A stretch of 57,749 nt of DNA from Trichomonas gallinae (Eukaryota), in the NCBI GenBank assembly GCA_008369845.1, contig MRSU01009401.1, positions 1 through 57,749 on the forward strand. Direction: 5' to 3'. Below the pieces are notes generated by a model. The model saw only the letters and a list, made by a program, of their open reading frames with translations, was not told the origin of the DNA and ran no database searches. Numbering within the stretch: position 1 is the first letter of the stretch; every line of letters begins with the position of its first letter. Both the position numbers and the translations under genes were made by a program. This document shows, in pieces, positions 20,251-31,304 of the stretch.

Positions 20251-21786
20251 ATGATCAGAGAGGAAGATAATACTCTCGGTCAGAAAATTCAAATAAATAA
20301 GGAAGATGACATCCCCACTGGGGATAAATATCCATTTGAAGCCTTTTTGCAGTGTTATGAGATGCTGGTAGCTTCATTTAATGTAAAAAATCTTCGAGAT
20401 ATTTGCTCAAACTTGATTTCTTTATTCGGTATTGTCAAAGGACTCGATAAAATCCCCTACGAAGTTCTAGAACAGATCAATTTACATGAATTTTTCTTCG
20501 ATTTATTCCAAATTTACGAATTACACATTTCATTCCCTCATGCACTCAGAATTTTAAACTTCATTGTATGTATTGACGATTTCGAGCCTAAAATGCTTGC
20601 TACTGAACAATTTTTCAACATTTTAATCGACGAAGTTTTACCACACATTACTCAACAAAATATGCCAATTGAGTTGATCTGTAACCTAATTATAAACAAT
20701 CCAGAAGCTCGTGATCAACTTATTGCTGCAGATATAATTGGAACCTTTTGCATTCCAACATATCCTGAAAAAAACAATGAATCTTACAGAAGAGCTGTTA
20801 ACAAGCTGCTCACAGTTGTTTTATCCACTGAACCATATCCACCAATGGAATATGCAGTAATTATTGCAGATTTCGTTATTGATCAAGTCATGGACATTAA
20901 AATACTGAGTTCTTCCATTGTTGAAGTGCTATATGCAGTGCTAGCTTTCAATGCCGATCTTGGAAATTATACAGTCGCAACTATTCAACAACGCGATCAA
21001 TCATTTGACTTATTGAGAATATATAGAGACATATCAGAAGAATATAGAATTTATTTGCTTAAAAGTATAGAAGTCATTTGCACATATGATGATTATCATT
21101 ACGCAGATCAGTTTTTCTGGCCTTATGTAGTGAATCTGATATCAATAAGTACACAAACATCAACAATTGTAGAAGTGATCGATGTTGCAATTGTCGTGAT
21201 TTCAACACATGTTTATTCTATTATAGGAGCTTTCAAACAAGGTTTAGTTGATTTATTGTTCCAGATGATCGACGAATCTCCATATCCTATAAAGGTAAAA
21301 GCCCTGAAATTCCTGTCTTTTGTGATGATAAGAGAACCACATCTACCCGGAATTGGCACGGTGTTGTTGAAGCGAGGATATCTGGAAATAGCTAGAGACT
21401 ACTTGACTGAAAATGACGTGAAACGTTACATCATTGAAGGTGTTTTCAATATGGCCATGTGCTCTTTAACGGGAACAAATGGAGTTCAAGTTAGAGATTT
21501 ATTGAATGCTGATTTCATATCGTCACTACAAAATTGTTTTTATAACGAGGAATACTCGGAGGATGAATACGCTAAGATCGGATTTATATTGCAGAGACTT
21601 GGCTTGATGAACATGGATGATGACCAGATGATAATGTACATGGTTCCTGAGAACGAAGAATCCGAAAATGAAACGGAAGAAGTAGATGAAAACGATGGTG
21701 AAGAAGAAACAGCCGAACCATTCTGCTACAGGAAATTGAAGCGAATAAGGCTAGAGTATGAAATTCCACTAGAGGAAACAGAATAA
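20251..21786 (+). CDS. ARM/HEAT-like helical protein with acidic C-terminus, function unknown
   Basis: 511-aa ORF with amphipathic helical pattern. TCATT (20238) and CCTTT (20244) lie immediately upstream of the ATG. Confidence 0.7.
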   Translation: MIREEDNTLGQKIQINKEDDIPTGDKYPFEAFLQCYEMLVASFNVKNLRDICSNLISLFGIVKGLDKIPYEVLEQINLHEFFFDLFQIYELHISFPHALRILNFIVCIDDFEPKMLATEQFFNILIDEVLPHITQQNMPIELICNLIINNPEARDQLIAADIIGTFCIPTYPEKNNESYRRAVNKLLTVVLSTEPYPPMEYAVIIADFVIDQVMDIKILSSSIVEVLYAVLAFNADLGNYTVATIQQRDQSFDLLRIYRDISEEYRIYLLKSIEVICTYDDYHYADQFFWPYVVNLISISTQTSTIVEVIDVAIVVISTHVYSIIGAFKQGLVDLLFQMIDESPYPIKVKALKFLSFVMIREPHLPGIGTVLLKRGYLEIARDYLTENDVKRYIIEGVFNMAMCSLTGTNGVQVRDLLNADFISSLQNCFYNEEYSEDEYAKIGFILQRLGLMNMDDDQMIMYMVPENEESENETEEVDENDGEEETAEPFCYRKLKRIRLEYEIPLEETE

Positions 21787-21931
21787 ATCTAAATATTATG
21801 TTTTTTTTATTAAATACAAAAGAAAAATCAAAATTGATTTGAAATTATTTGTTGTCAAAGTATAAAGATGCCAAATATCATAAAATAAAGAAAATAAGAT
21901 TTCAAAAATCATTAAAAGTGTCAATTTGACA

Positions 21932-22441
21932 ATGTTTTTTTCATTTCTTTCGCTTATAAAAGCGAACGAAGAATTAGACTGCTACATCAATATAATCGAC
22001 GGCTGCCCCAAATGCATATCTAGGTCTGGATCTAAATGCGGATATTGCGCTCCTTTGGGAGTTTGCGATTCCGGAGACGAACACGGCCCAGAGAAAGAAA
22101 ATTGCGATGTTGGATGGATATACCCACAAGATACTTGCACAAATGATATGTGCCTTTACTCTTCAAAAACGAAAAAAGGATGCAAAAATCCATGCGTTTG
22201 GAATAACAGATATAGTAAGTGCCTTTTACCACGTAATATGAGCCAGGTTTCCGTTCAAGAGCAAAACGTGTCCGATAAAGCTACAATTACTACTCGATTA
22301 ATTTATGCTTCGTTGATTTTGTTTGCTGTATTCTTGGTTGGATTGTATGCGTATGGTACATATTACAACCGCAGACCGCTTTACTCACAGCTCGCTCCAA
22401 TTGCTGACGGAATATCACTTGATGATCTTCCACACGCTTAA
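21932..22441 (+). CDS. Small Cys-rich (PSI-like) type I membrane protein
   Basis: Short signal peptide MFFSFLSLIKA, CPKC...CGYC....CDSG......C...W.....C, TM segment LIYASLILFAVFLVGLYAY, tail with YSQL. Confidence 0.75.
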   Translation: MFFSFLSLIKANEELDCYINIIDGCPKCISRSGSKCGYCAPLGVCDSGDEHGPEKENCDVGWIYPQDTCTNDMCLYSSKTKKGCKNPCVWNNRYSKCLLPRNMSQVSVQEQNVSDKATITTRLIYASLILFAVFLVGLYAYGTYYNRRPLYSQLAPIADGISLDDLPHA

Positions 22442-22779
22442 CTATATTATATCGATGTGTTATTAATGTTAATAAATTTCTACTTATTGTTGGTGTTTAT
22501 TCGAAAAATAAATAATATCTTTCTTTTATTGATCATCATTATGTTCAGTAGCCGATATTGTAATAATTTTTACCGAATTTAATGAGAATTATTCATCAAG
22601 AAAATTAATTTCATTAAATTTCATTACAAAAATTTGGAATATCCAAAAAAGACCTGAGAATATAGATATATTCGTATGTGATAGCAATATATTCTATGTT
22701 TTTTTGGCAATTTTCAGATTTTGAAATTCGTTATTTTTTTAATAATCACAATAAAATAAATAATTTACTCAACATCAAT

Positions 22780-23322
22780 CTACTCGTCTTCTTCTTCGGC
22801 TGATCTGAATAACGCATCTTGTATCATGTTAATTTGATCATGCATTTGTGTTTGTTCCTTTCTCATCTCGTGAACTTCCTTCGCAAGATTCTGTACTAGG
22901 TCAAAAAGTGCCTGGAAGTCGAATTCTTGGCCTCTATCAGATGAACTCTCTATTGAACGGAATTTTGGCTTTAACTGTATTTTCGACTGTTTAACTGATT
23001 TTTTGGTTGTAACTGATACTGATGAGGATGATGATTGTTTTGGTTTCATTGTAGCTGTCTTCTTCGGATAAGTTTTTCTTTCTATTCCTTCAATGGCATC
23101 GAGTTTGCTCTCTATTTCGCTTGATTTGATTAAAAGTTTACCAACACGCTTATCTAACATTTCTAATAATGCTTCTGTATCTGTTGGTTGTTTTGAATAT
23201 GGTGAAGCAGGAGAATAAATGCCTTTCTTTGCCATGCTCCTCCCAACCATACCACCTAAGCGATCCATGACTCCTCTTTGTGAGTCATTTGCTGGATTTA
23301 GTTTCTTCCCGTTCTTTTTCAT
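22780..23322 (-). CDS. Hypothetical basic/Ser-rich coiled-coil protein
   Basis: 180-aa ATG-started ORF with two heptad-like segments. Confidence 0.75.
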   Translation of the reverse strand: MKKNGKKLNPANDSQRGVMDRLGGMVGRSMAKKGIYSPASPYSKQPTDTEALLEMLDKRVGKLLIKSSEIESKLDAIEGIERKTYPKKTATMKPKQSSSSSVSVTTKKSVKQSKIQLKPKFRSIESSSDRGQEFDFQALFDLVQNLAKEVHEMRKEQTQMHDQINMIQDALFRSAEEEDE

Positions 23323-24473
23323 ATTTTAAAAATATTGTACGTTTATTTTTGGTATTTGACAAATAAAATGTCAAAATATACATATTTGACATATAATGTC
23401 ATATCAGCATATTATAGGAGTATATCATCAAGTATTTTGGCGTAGAATATGGTTATGGTGTCAATCAATCAAATCTCACCCTCGATGGAGTTTTGAATAG
23501 AAAACATCACATTTTATTAAAAAATTCGAAAAATATAACTTTTTCCCCACGCGAGACCCAATGTTATATTGGTATGAGAAGTGGAAACTTTATCTCACAC
23601 CGAGTGAACCATACTCAAAATCTAAAGAACTGAAATATAAATTTCATGTAGGAAAAAGACGGATATTATTGTTCCATTATGCATGAAAGTGCATAATATG
23701 ATTACTATTTAGTCATATCTCACGAAATTTCATGATTTTTTTGCGTTTCGCTTTTTTAGTCTGAAATATTCACAAAATTTTCAATGATGTGATAACTCTA
23801 TTGAAATGTTGTTTTTTTTCAGAATAAAAAGCAAGGAGTTAGCATCTGGTTCATTTTTTTTATATACCTAGACATAAAAATACGATTGTTATAGGCCTTC
23901 GGCGATGATAGCGAATACTCAGACACTATCGGCGCCGAGACAAAATTCGACCTGGCATGTTAGCAACATATTTTTCATTCATGGTATTCACAAAACATTT
24001 TTCCGAAGGAAAATTTTTTTGAATCGAATGTATTGAAAATATTCAATTCATATATGTAATGCATTTTAAGGAAATAATAATCATAAGTCTGATAATGACA
24101 GTTTTCATGCAGTTTTACGGAACGTTGGCACGCCCGTAGACAAAAGAAAACAACTTGGATACCATGAATGAAAAATATGTAACATCTTTTTCAGAAAACC
24201 GCTCCACTCCTCTGAAAAAGTTGCAACAATTTCTAAATAACACCTCGATTTTGTGAAATTTCTTATATGTCACAAAATAGTCGTTTTGAGTAAAATAAGA
24301 GATATCACTTTTGCAATCTAATGGATAGATTTTTTGTCCCATATATCATTAAAAAAAGAGTAAAAAAAAATTGTAAAGTCAAGAATTTTTTTCTTTACTG
24401 GAAAACATATTGGAAATCGAATAATGCAAAAGGAAAGAATGATTTTGGAAATAAGGTTATTTAATTCATATCA

Positions 24474-25766
24474 ATGTCGAGAGGTAAAGTAATGATGTAT
24501 TTTAGCATCATTATTTTCATAGCATCAGCTTCTTTTCATTCCAGTACGATCATTTTTAGAAAAACACTGCCGAACTATTACATCCTGCTAAATTTCAATT
24601 CTTTTACGAATATAAACGAAATCCCTGAAGTAAATTACACAGTAATACTCAAGAAAAACACACAACTATGCAATGATCGAGTTCTTATATCAAATATTAC
24701 TAGAAAATACAATGTTTATCTTTATAAAACAGCAATTGTTCGTGAGCTTCTCTTTTTATACCACCTAAAGCATGTATATCTAAACGCACATTCAATTGCT
24801 TACAATAATACATTCGTTAGCCTGCCTTATTGTTGTCCTCCATCTTTAACTAGAAATTTTTCATTAAATATCGACCAAATTTATACAAACATTATCTACC
24901 TTTATGCACAATTTAATGTATATGGGCACATATTGACTGATGGTCTTGTCGCGTCTATAATAGATGTTCCAAAAGAAATATATGAAAAGTCATATGTTTC
25001 GTCGTATTGGAACTACAAATATTTGGGTGAATATTTGGATTTGCTAAACATCACGTGCAAAGGAGTTGTTCCTCTCAACATAAATTACATTCAATGCGAT
25101 AATCTCTATCTTATTAAACCCAATGATCTTATGAATGGAATGGTTCTGAGTGCAAGAGATCTTCGAGATAAGATGTACGAATTTTTAAATCTGAATAGCT
25201 TGGAACCGAAACTTGGCATGTTTTTAAATAGAAAATATAGAGTGAGAAGGTACGTTGACAACATGAAAGACTTCATAAAACTGGCACAGGCGAAACACAA
25301 AGATATTCAGTTCATAGAAATCAAGGATAAAGATGTTTATGTTGGCGTAAAAGATATGTTTCAAATGATGTCAAAAGTCAAATACTTCATCACGCCTGGT
25401 GGATCTTCTGCATTCAATATGTTTTATATGAGGAATAATACTGGCTGTTGCATTATAGGGTCAAATCTTGATGACTGGGCTGATTATGGACTTGCCCATG
25501 CCATGAATATCTGGCTTGCTTATTGCTCGAATTCAAACCTCGATCATTACTCTCGAGTCAAAGATCAATCTATTGATCTTAAGCGCAACATGATTTACTT
25601 AGATAGAGTTATTTATGCCGTTGCGAATTCGAAATGGCCATCTGAATGCTACAAAGATCAGTCTGTTGAAATTTGTTTTAATTTCGATTTGACGAGAAAA
25701 ATAATGGAGAAAAACCCATACTTGTCATATTTAATTCAATATAATGAAGAAGCTTTACTGCAGTAA
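24474..25766 (+). CDS. Glycosyltransferase family 61 (DUF563)-like type II membrane protein
   Basis: N-terminal hydrophobic anchor, YGHILTDG, FLNRK..VRR.VDN, and ITPGGSSAFNMFYM (similar to the GT61 HG(A/S)GL.N..F motif). Confidence 0.7.
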   Translation: MSRGKVMMYFSIIIFIASASFHSSTIIFRKTLPNYYILLNFNSFTNINEIPEVNYTVILKKNTQLCNDRVLISNITRKYNVYLYKTAIVRELLFLYHLKHVYLNAHSIAYNNTFVSLPYCCPPSLTRNFSLNIDQIYTNIIYLYAQFNVYGHILTDGLVASIIDVPKEIYEKSYVSSYWNYKYLGEYLDLLNITCKGVVPLNINYIQCDNLYLIKPNDLMNGMVLSARDLRDKMYEFLNLNSLEPKLGMFLNRKYRVRRYVDNMKDFIKLAQAKHKDIQFIEIKDKDVYVGVKDMFQMMSKVKYFITPGGSSAFNMFYMRNNTGCCIIGSNLDDWADYGLAHAMNIWLAYCSNSNLDHYSRVKDQSIDLKRNMIYLDRVIYAVANSKWPSECYKDQSVEICFNFDLTRKIMEKNPYLSYLIQYNEEALLQ

Positions 25767-25964
25767 TTACAATAATAAGATATTAGTTTATATATAATAA
25801 AAATATATAATAAAAATAAAGTAAACTTATTTGTCAAAATGCATTGAATTTTGAATCCATTATGGAAAAATCGCAACTATTTCATCGTCTATTTACACTA
25901 AATCTATATTTTTTTTTTGATTCTCTTTCATATCAAAAATGTCAAAAATATTGCTAATATATTA

Positions 25965-26052
25965 GACAAGAAACAATTCAGTAACTAATCGAAGAAATAA
26001 TCAAAACAAAAACGATGAAACTCCATTATATAATGCTGCAGGTGATGATTCC
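25965..26052 (+). pseudogene. Ankyrin-repeat gene fragment
   Basis: Reads QETIQ*LIE then, in another frame, NQNKNDETPLYNAAGDDS (TPL..AA ankyrin motif). No start codon; contains a stop and a frameshift. Confidence 0.4.
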
Positions 26053-26323
26053 ATGTTACTGACAAATAAAGTGTCAAAATGAATTTTACTTGACAATTCT
26101 GATTTAATACCATATTAGTACATTATTATATACATTAATCATATATATCTGTTTAATTTTAGATTTGGTGTTAACAATTTATTTCAAATTCAAAATCACA
26201 AAATAATAGCCCAAAAGCAGAAAATATGAATTATATATGACGTATGGATATCATATTCGGCACTAAAAAGCTTGGTTGCGATGAATAAAAAACTTTCGAC
26301 GCTGAAAAAGGTGACAAATTCCA

Positions 26324-27505
26324 ATGAGTTTCTGGGATACTGAAGAAGTTCAAGATCCAATTGCTGACCTCTTAGAACAGCCAAACCTGACAGTTGTTGA
26401 TATGTTCAACGAAGGTTCGATGTTACAAGAGCTCAGAACAAACAATGAGCATCTTCTCGAATATTTCGCCAGAGAGAATGTTATTCAGGAGCTCTGCGAT
26501 TGGGCATTCACAATGAAATTCCAAGATCAGGAGTTTTTCGATAAATACTCACGCATTGCCACTGAAACTTTCACATGCGCAAGCACAGTTTCAAAGGGCT
26601 TCTTAAATTCCACATACTTGAAGAAATTCTTCAACGAGCAGCTCGCCTCGAAGGAAGAATGGGATGCCTCATGCGCTGGACACTTCCAAAGAGTTTTCAT
26701 GCACTTGATGAATGTTTCCAAGGGCGAATACTTACATAACTTCGAAAATATCATTCCAAACTTGATCCACCACATCAGCACCCTCGCCGTTTCAGAATTC
26801 ATTGTTATGTTAGCAACAAATTATTATCAAATTTTCTGTCCAAACGGCGAATGCGTCGCTCAGCTCAGTGATTACATAGTATCTGAAGGTGCTGATATCC
26901 TTTCTGCTATTTACGCACTCAGAAAGCTCTTCGCTCAGGGCTGGGAAAAACCTGACATCCAGAAAGACTTAACATCAGATTCACTCATTGCTAATTTGAT
27001 TACAGCCTCTAAGACAGCGACTATCAGACTTGCACAAATCGAATGCTTAAGATTGTTGAGAGATATTTCTCAGAAGAATGAGCTTGCTTTAATCTTCCGC
27101 CGTGGTGATGTTGGCGAGGTACCATCATCTGATTGCTCTTCAAGTGCTCTTGCTACACAAGTCAAGGGAATTACACTCGAAGATTCTCTCAAGGGCGCAA
27201 TCGGAACACCACACTGGCAGATTGCTAACTACTACTTACAGACAATCATTGTTTCATCTCCAGAAGATATTTTCGAGATTGTCAAGCAAAATGATATTGT
27301 TAATAATTTAGCTAAGATAGAGAAGAAGGATTTGACACCATTCCAGCTCGAAGTTATTAGAGTTCTGTTTAAGAAGGCAGAAGACTATCAATTTGATTTA
27401 TCAGCTCTCGAACCAATTAAGAACCACGCCAACAAACTTTGGCAAGAATACGGTGGACCACTTCCAATCGGTGGTGGCGTTGATGTGAAGCTCAACGCTG
27501 AATAA
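26324..27505 (+). CDS. SIT4-associated protein (SAPS / PP6 regulatory subunit) family, short form
   Basis: MSFW...IADLLE...LQELRTNNEHLLEYF, KYSRIATETF, AGHFQRVF, LIHHISTLAVSEFI match the SAPS N-terminal region. Confidence 0.8.
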   Translation: MSFWDTEEVQDPIADLLEQPNLTVVDMFNEGSMLQELRTNNEHLLEYFARENVIQELCDWAFTMKFQDQEFFDKYSRIATETFTCASTVSKGFLNSTYLKKFFNEQLASKEEWDASCAGHFQRVFMHLMNVSKGEYLHNFENIIPNLIHHISTLAVSEFIVMLATNYYQIFCPNGECVAQLSDYIVSEGADILSAIYALRKLFAQGWEKPDIQKDLTSDSLIANLITASKTATIRLAQIECLRLLRDISQKNELALIFRRGDVGEVPSSDCSSSALATQVKGITLEDSLKGAIGTPHWQIANYYLQTIIVSSPEDIFEIVKQNDIVNNLAKIEKKDLTPFQLEVIRVLFKKAEDYQFDLSALEPIKNHANKLWQEYGGPLPIGGGVDVKLNAE

Positions 27506-27631
27506 AAATAATTTTCTTTTTATAAATGATATTAAATCGATTTTGACGTTAATATGTCTACTTCTAAGCTTGATAGTTAAATATTTATAGTTTAATAGAA
27601 AATAATATAATTTATAACAGACAAACATGTA

Positions 27632-27973
27632 TTATTTATGAACAGGATAGATAGGGCTATTATTAGGAGTAAGATATGCGCGGAGATCGTAAGCAAATTC
27701 TGTACGATCGTGTTGTTTATAAACTGTTTTCGTTTTTTTAGTGAAAGAAAGTGGGATAGAGAAGATAGCAGGATCCTTCTTGTCATCATGCTTCAAACTG
27801 ACATGAGAAAGATCTGCTGTACCTGATTCTGGATTATAAGCAAAGAAATGAAACGTTTTTGGTTGTTCTTGTTCTTCGACAAATGAATTATCTGTTTTTT
27901 CACGCTGAAAAGATAGATGTTTCTTAATTCTCCATGCTGCTAAATCTCGCAGCTGTTCTTCGCTGCGATTCAT
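27632..27973 (-). CDS. Hypothetical protein (113 aa)
   Basis: ATG-started ORF with coding-like composition, flanked by AT-rich spacers. Confidence 0.65.
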   Translation of the reverse strand: MNRSEEQLRDLAAWRIKKHLSFQREKTDNSFVEEQEQPKTFHFFAYNPESGTADLSHVSLKHDDKKDPAIFSIPLSFTKKTKTVYKQHDRTEFAYDLRAYLTPNNSPIYPVHK

Positions 27974-28792
27974 AATATTTTTGTATAACCTAACGTCTTT
28001 AATTTATGTCATGTAAAATTCAAAAATGACACGTAAAATAAAAATCATTCTTAAATATTTTAATGAAAATCATGATTGTTGCATGGATATACGCAATATA
28101 TGATCCAGAATATAAAGAGATTTGAATACACTAATTAATCTTGCGTCAATTTAAATTATATTCAAATTTATCGTGCTGAACTTTCAAATTTTGTATAAAA
28201 ATACTTACTAAAATGTTGTTTTATATTAATGTTATTAGATTATTATTTTTGTGCTGTGATCTGAGTAATATATCATATTCATTTTGGTAATCAGATGTCT
28301 TTATCCTTATATTAGGAGTTATTATATTAATAATATGGTGATTCCAAACTACACATTATATCAATATACGCCTAAATGGTTTTATCGTTGTAAGTCAAAC
28401 TGAGCACAATTTTTATCCAAATTTTTCTCTCAATAAAAATCACATCAGACAAACAAGTTTTTATAGAAACAATCAGATGTTCATAGGGATAATAATGACT
28501 TTAAGAGTTATGAAAAAGAATTCAAATCATCAGCACTAAATCTAACTAACCCATTAATTTTTAATGGCATTTGATCAGTGCTGTCAGAAAGATAACATTT
28601 CTCTTTTAAATAATCCATGCAGCAACGTATATTAGACTAATAAAGTTGTCAATATCAGTATATTCTGTGACTTATAATCTCCGAAATAAAAAATTTACGA
28701 TTTTTCAACACAATCTAAATACGTTTTTTGGATGTTTTCAAGTAGTTTACATACAAATCAATATAGTTCTATATAAGTATATCATGCATGGC

Positions 28793-29698
28793 TCATTCTG
28801 TTACAATTGGATAACAAATCTCTTTGACGGAGTCATCTTTTGCAACAACATTTGTTTGACCAATGATATTTTCGTTATCAATGTAAGTGTTGAGGAATAT
28901 AATTTGTGACTTGTCATCGCATTTGATTGAAGTTGAGATATTGTTTTTCATGATGCATGTGTGCGACAAATATATCGATGCATATTCAGCTTGTATCAAG
29001 CTTCCTTTTGGATGGTTGCTGATTTCGTTATTCTGGAAGATGATGCATCTTTCCACATATACAGGAAGCTTGTTTACTGATAATCCTTGGAAATATGCGA
29101 AGGGTTTTTCCCCATCGTGTTTTGTGTTATTGAATAATATAGAGCTGGAGACAGCACTGTCGAGGAAATCGAGCGCTTCTATAGTAGTGATTCCTTTAGC
29201 AAAGTTTTGGGACATGTTGACATTTGAAATATATTGCTTTCCTTTGCCTAATTTGATCAAAGAATCACCGGGTTCATCTTGTATTGTGTTGGAGCTAAGT
29301 TCAATCGTAATAGAACTTAAAATATTTCTGGAATTTTCTGATTTTATTAAATCTGTGTGAGAATATTGTCCTGATGTAGTAGAATAGCATTGGCGTACTA
29401 TATTCTTCTCTTGGATACATTCACCACCGTTTTCAACGAATAAGCAGGCGCCAGATTTCGTGAAATGCGAACAATTATAAAATCTGGATGTATCTAAGAG
29501 AATTTTCGAGTTAGAACTTGGATTTTCGAATCTAATTACACCAAACTCTATAACATATGTGAAAATGCAATCTGTAATATAATAATTTTTATCGTCATAT
29601 ACAGACATATTAACATACTCCCATTGTACTGTCTGATGCGTGGAACCTCCGTAGTATTTGGCCCAGTCGTTATTTAGCAAGGAAGCAAAAGCAAGCAT
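28793..29698 (-). CDS. Hypothetical secreted/surface protein, beta-helix-like Asn/Cys-rich family
   Basis: First ATG at 29698 (MLAFASLLNNDWAKYY); repeated CIF/FYNC/NN patterns. Confidence 0.7.
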   Translation of the reverse strand: MLAFASLLNNDWAKYYGGSTHQTVQWEYVNMSVYDDKNYYITDCIFTYVIEFGVIRFENPSSNSKILLDTSRFYNCSHFTKSGACLFVENGGECIQEKNIVRQCYSTTSGQYSHTDLIKSENSRNILSSITIELSSNTIQDEPGDSLIKLGKGKQYISNVNMSQNFAKGITTIEALDFLDSAVSSSILFNNTKHDGEKPFAYFQGLSVNKLPVYVERCIIFQNNEISNHPKGSLIQAEYASIYLSHTCIMKNNISTSIKCDDKSQIIFLNTYIDNENIIGQTNVVAKDDSVKEICYPIVTE

Positions 29699-30042
29699 TT
29701 GAATTTTGTGAAATTTTTTAAAATATATATTTTTAAAATTAATCAATACATTATTAATAAAGTTTATTAATCATTTTTTTTTATTTGATGATAAGTCTCT
29801 CAATTTTTCAAGTGGCAAAAATCATTATATAAATGAAACCAATATAGTAATTAATTAACAAAAACAATAAAAATTAATGGAAGTACAATTTGAATCAAAA
29901 ATAATCGTATTTTATTTTAATCCTATTTTTTTTTATTTGCATCATGAAATTAGAATTATTTCCCCTTATTTATCAGCATTATCAAAAAATATAATATTAT
30001 AAATCATACGATTATTTTCAATTCAAATTTCAATGCAATTTT

Positions 30043-30100
30043 AAGTCAAATAATCATATGCCTCATAAATCATAAGTCAAATAATCATATGCCTCATAAT
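30043..30100. repeat. 31-bp tandem duplication
   Basis: taagtcaaataatcatatgcctcataa occurs twice in tandem. Confidence 0.85.
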
Positions 30101-30852
30101 TTTAGGGCACTCACGCACCAGTAAAAACTTGCGAAAACTTTATAACTGAAAAATATCAAACTTACGATTATTATCAATTCAAAATCGAAAATTTCAGAAA
30201 TGAAAATAATTATACATTGGATCCAAAATCAACGAAATCATTACGGTCAATTAACACAAGACCATTCCTATTGAGAGTGTTTAGAGGAAACCAGTTCTTA
30301 TTTATTTGCACCCATACGGAAGAAAATTTTATTATAATGATAAACAAATGCGATTAATGGAAGAATTATAATAATGAAAAACAAATGTTACTAATGAATT
30401 CAATATATTCATGATAATCAATTGCAAATGAGCTCTATATATAATAATGATAAACAAATGTAATTGTGGTGATATTTCAATGTAGTTGTTAAGTGATCAT
30501 CAATAATTTCAAAGCGATAACTGTTCCTTTAATCGAATAGAATGTTCTTACAGCCTCCTTCAACTGCATAAATCGATGTTTCTACTTATATCGACGTATA
30601 AATATACATATACATCGTCATATAAATTAATAAAGTATAAATTAGATGAATATATATTATGAAAACTTTTCGACATCTTCGTACATTTATAAACATTGGT
30701 TTCACTTTTTGCTAACAATGTTGGGAGTAAAAACGTCCAGAAAAGGAGATTTTTTAAAATATCGAATTTCATAAAATTTTGACAAAGTGTATCAACCATG
30801 ACATGTAAACCACACAAATTTCTCCTAAATATGACAATTCGTCAAATACAAA

Positions 30853-31105
30853 TGTTATTGTAACTAATCTACTACTTTCTGTGAAACTTCTGTTATTAAA
30901 CAATGACGTGTTAACAGCTCCACCAGTGCTAAAAAACAATTTTTATAATTAAAAAATATTCATATAAGCAAAAACATATTGTTGTAACTAATTTAATACT
31001 TTCTGTGAAACTTCTGTTATTAAACAATGACGTGTTAACAGCTCCAGTAATGTTATATAACAATTGTAAGAAATAAAAATTAGAAATTATTTATATAAGC
31101 AAAGA
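30853..31105. repeat. ~124-bp tandem duplication with a 50-bp identical core
   Basis: tactttctgtgaaacttctgttattaaacaatgacgtgttaacagctcca at 30873-30922 and 30997-31046. Confidence 0.9.
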
Positions 31106-31304
31106 TATATAATGATATAGAGGTAGTTGTCTCATATTTATGCTTTAAACTGCCAATCTATCGAATTATTTTTTGAAAAATTGGAAAATTCGTCAAAATC
31201 GAAAATTTTCAGGTGGTTACATCCAACAGCATCCAGTATATCTAAAACCAAAATATTGGAAATAATGTAAACAAGACGTTATTTTTCTAAACGGGCATAA
31301 AAGC

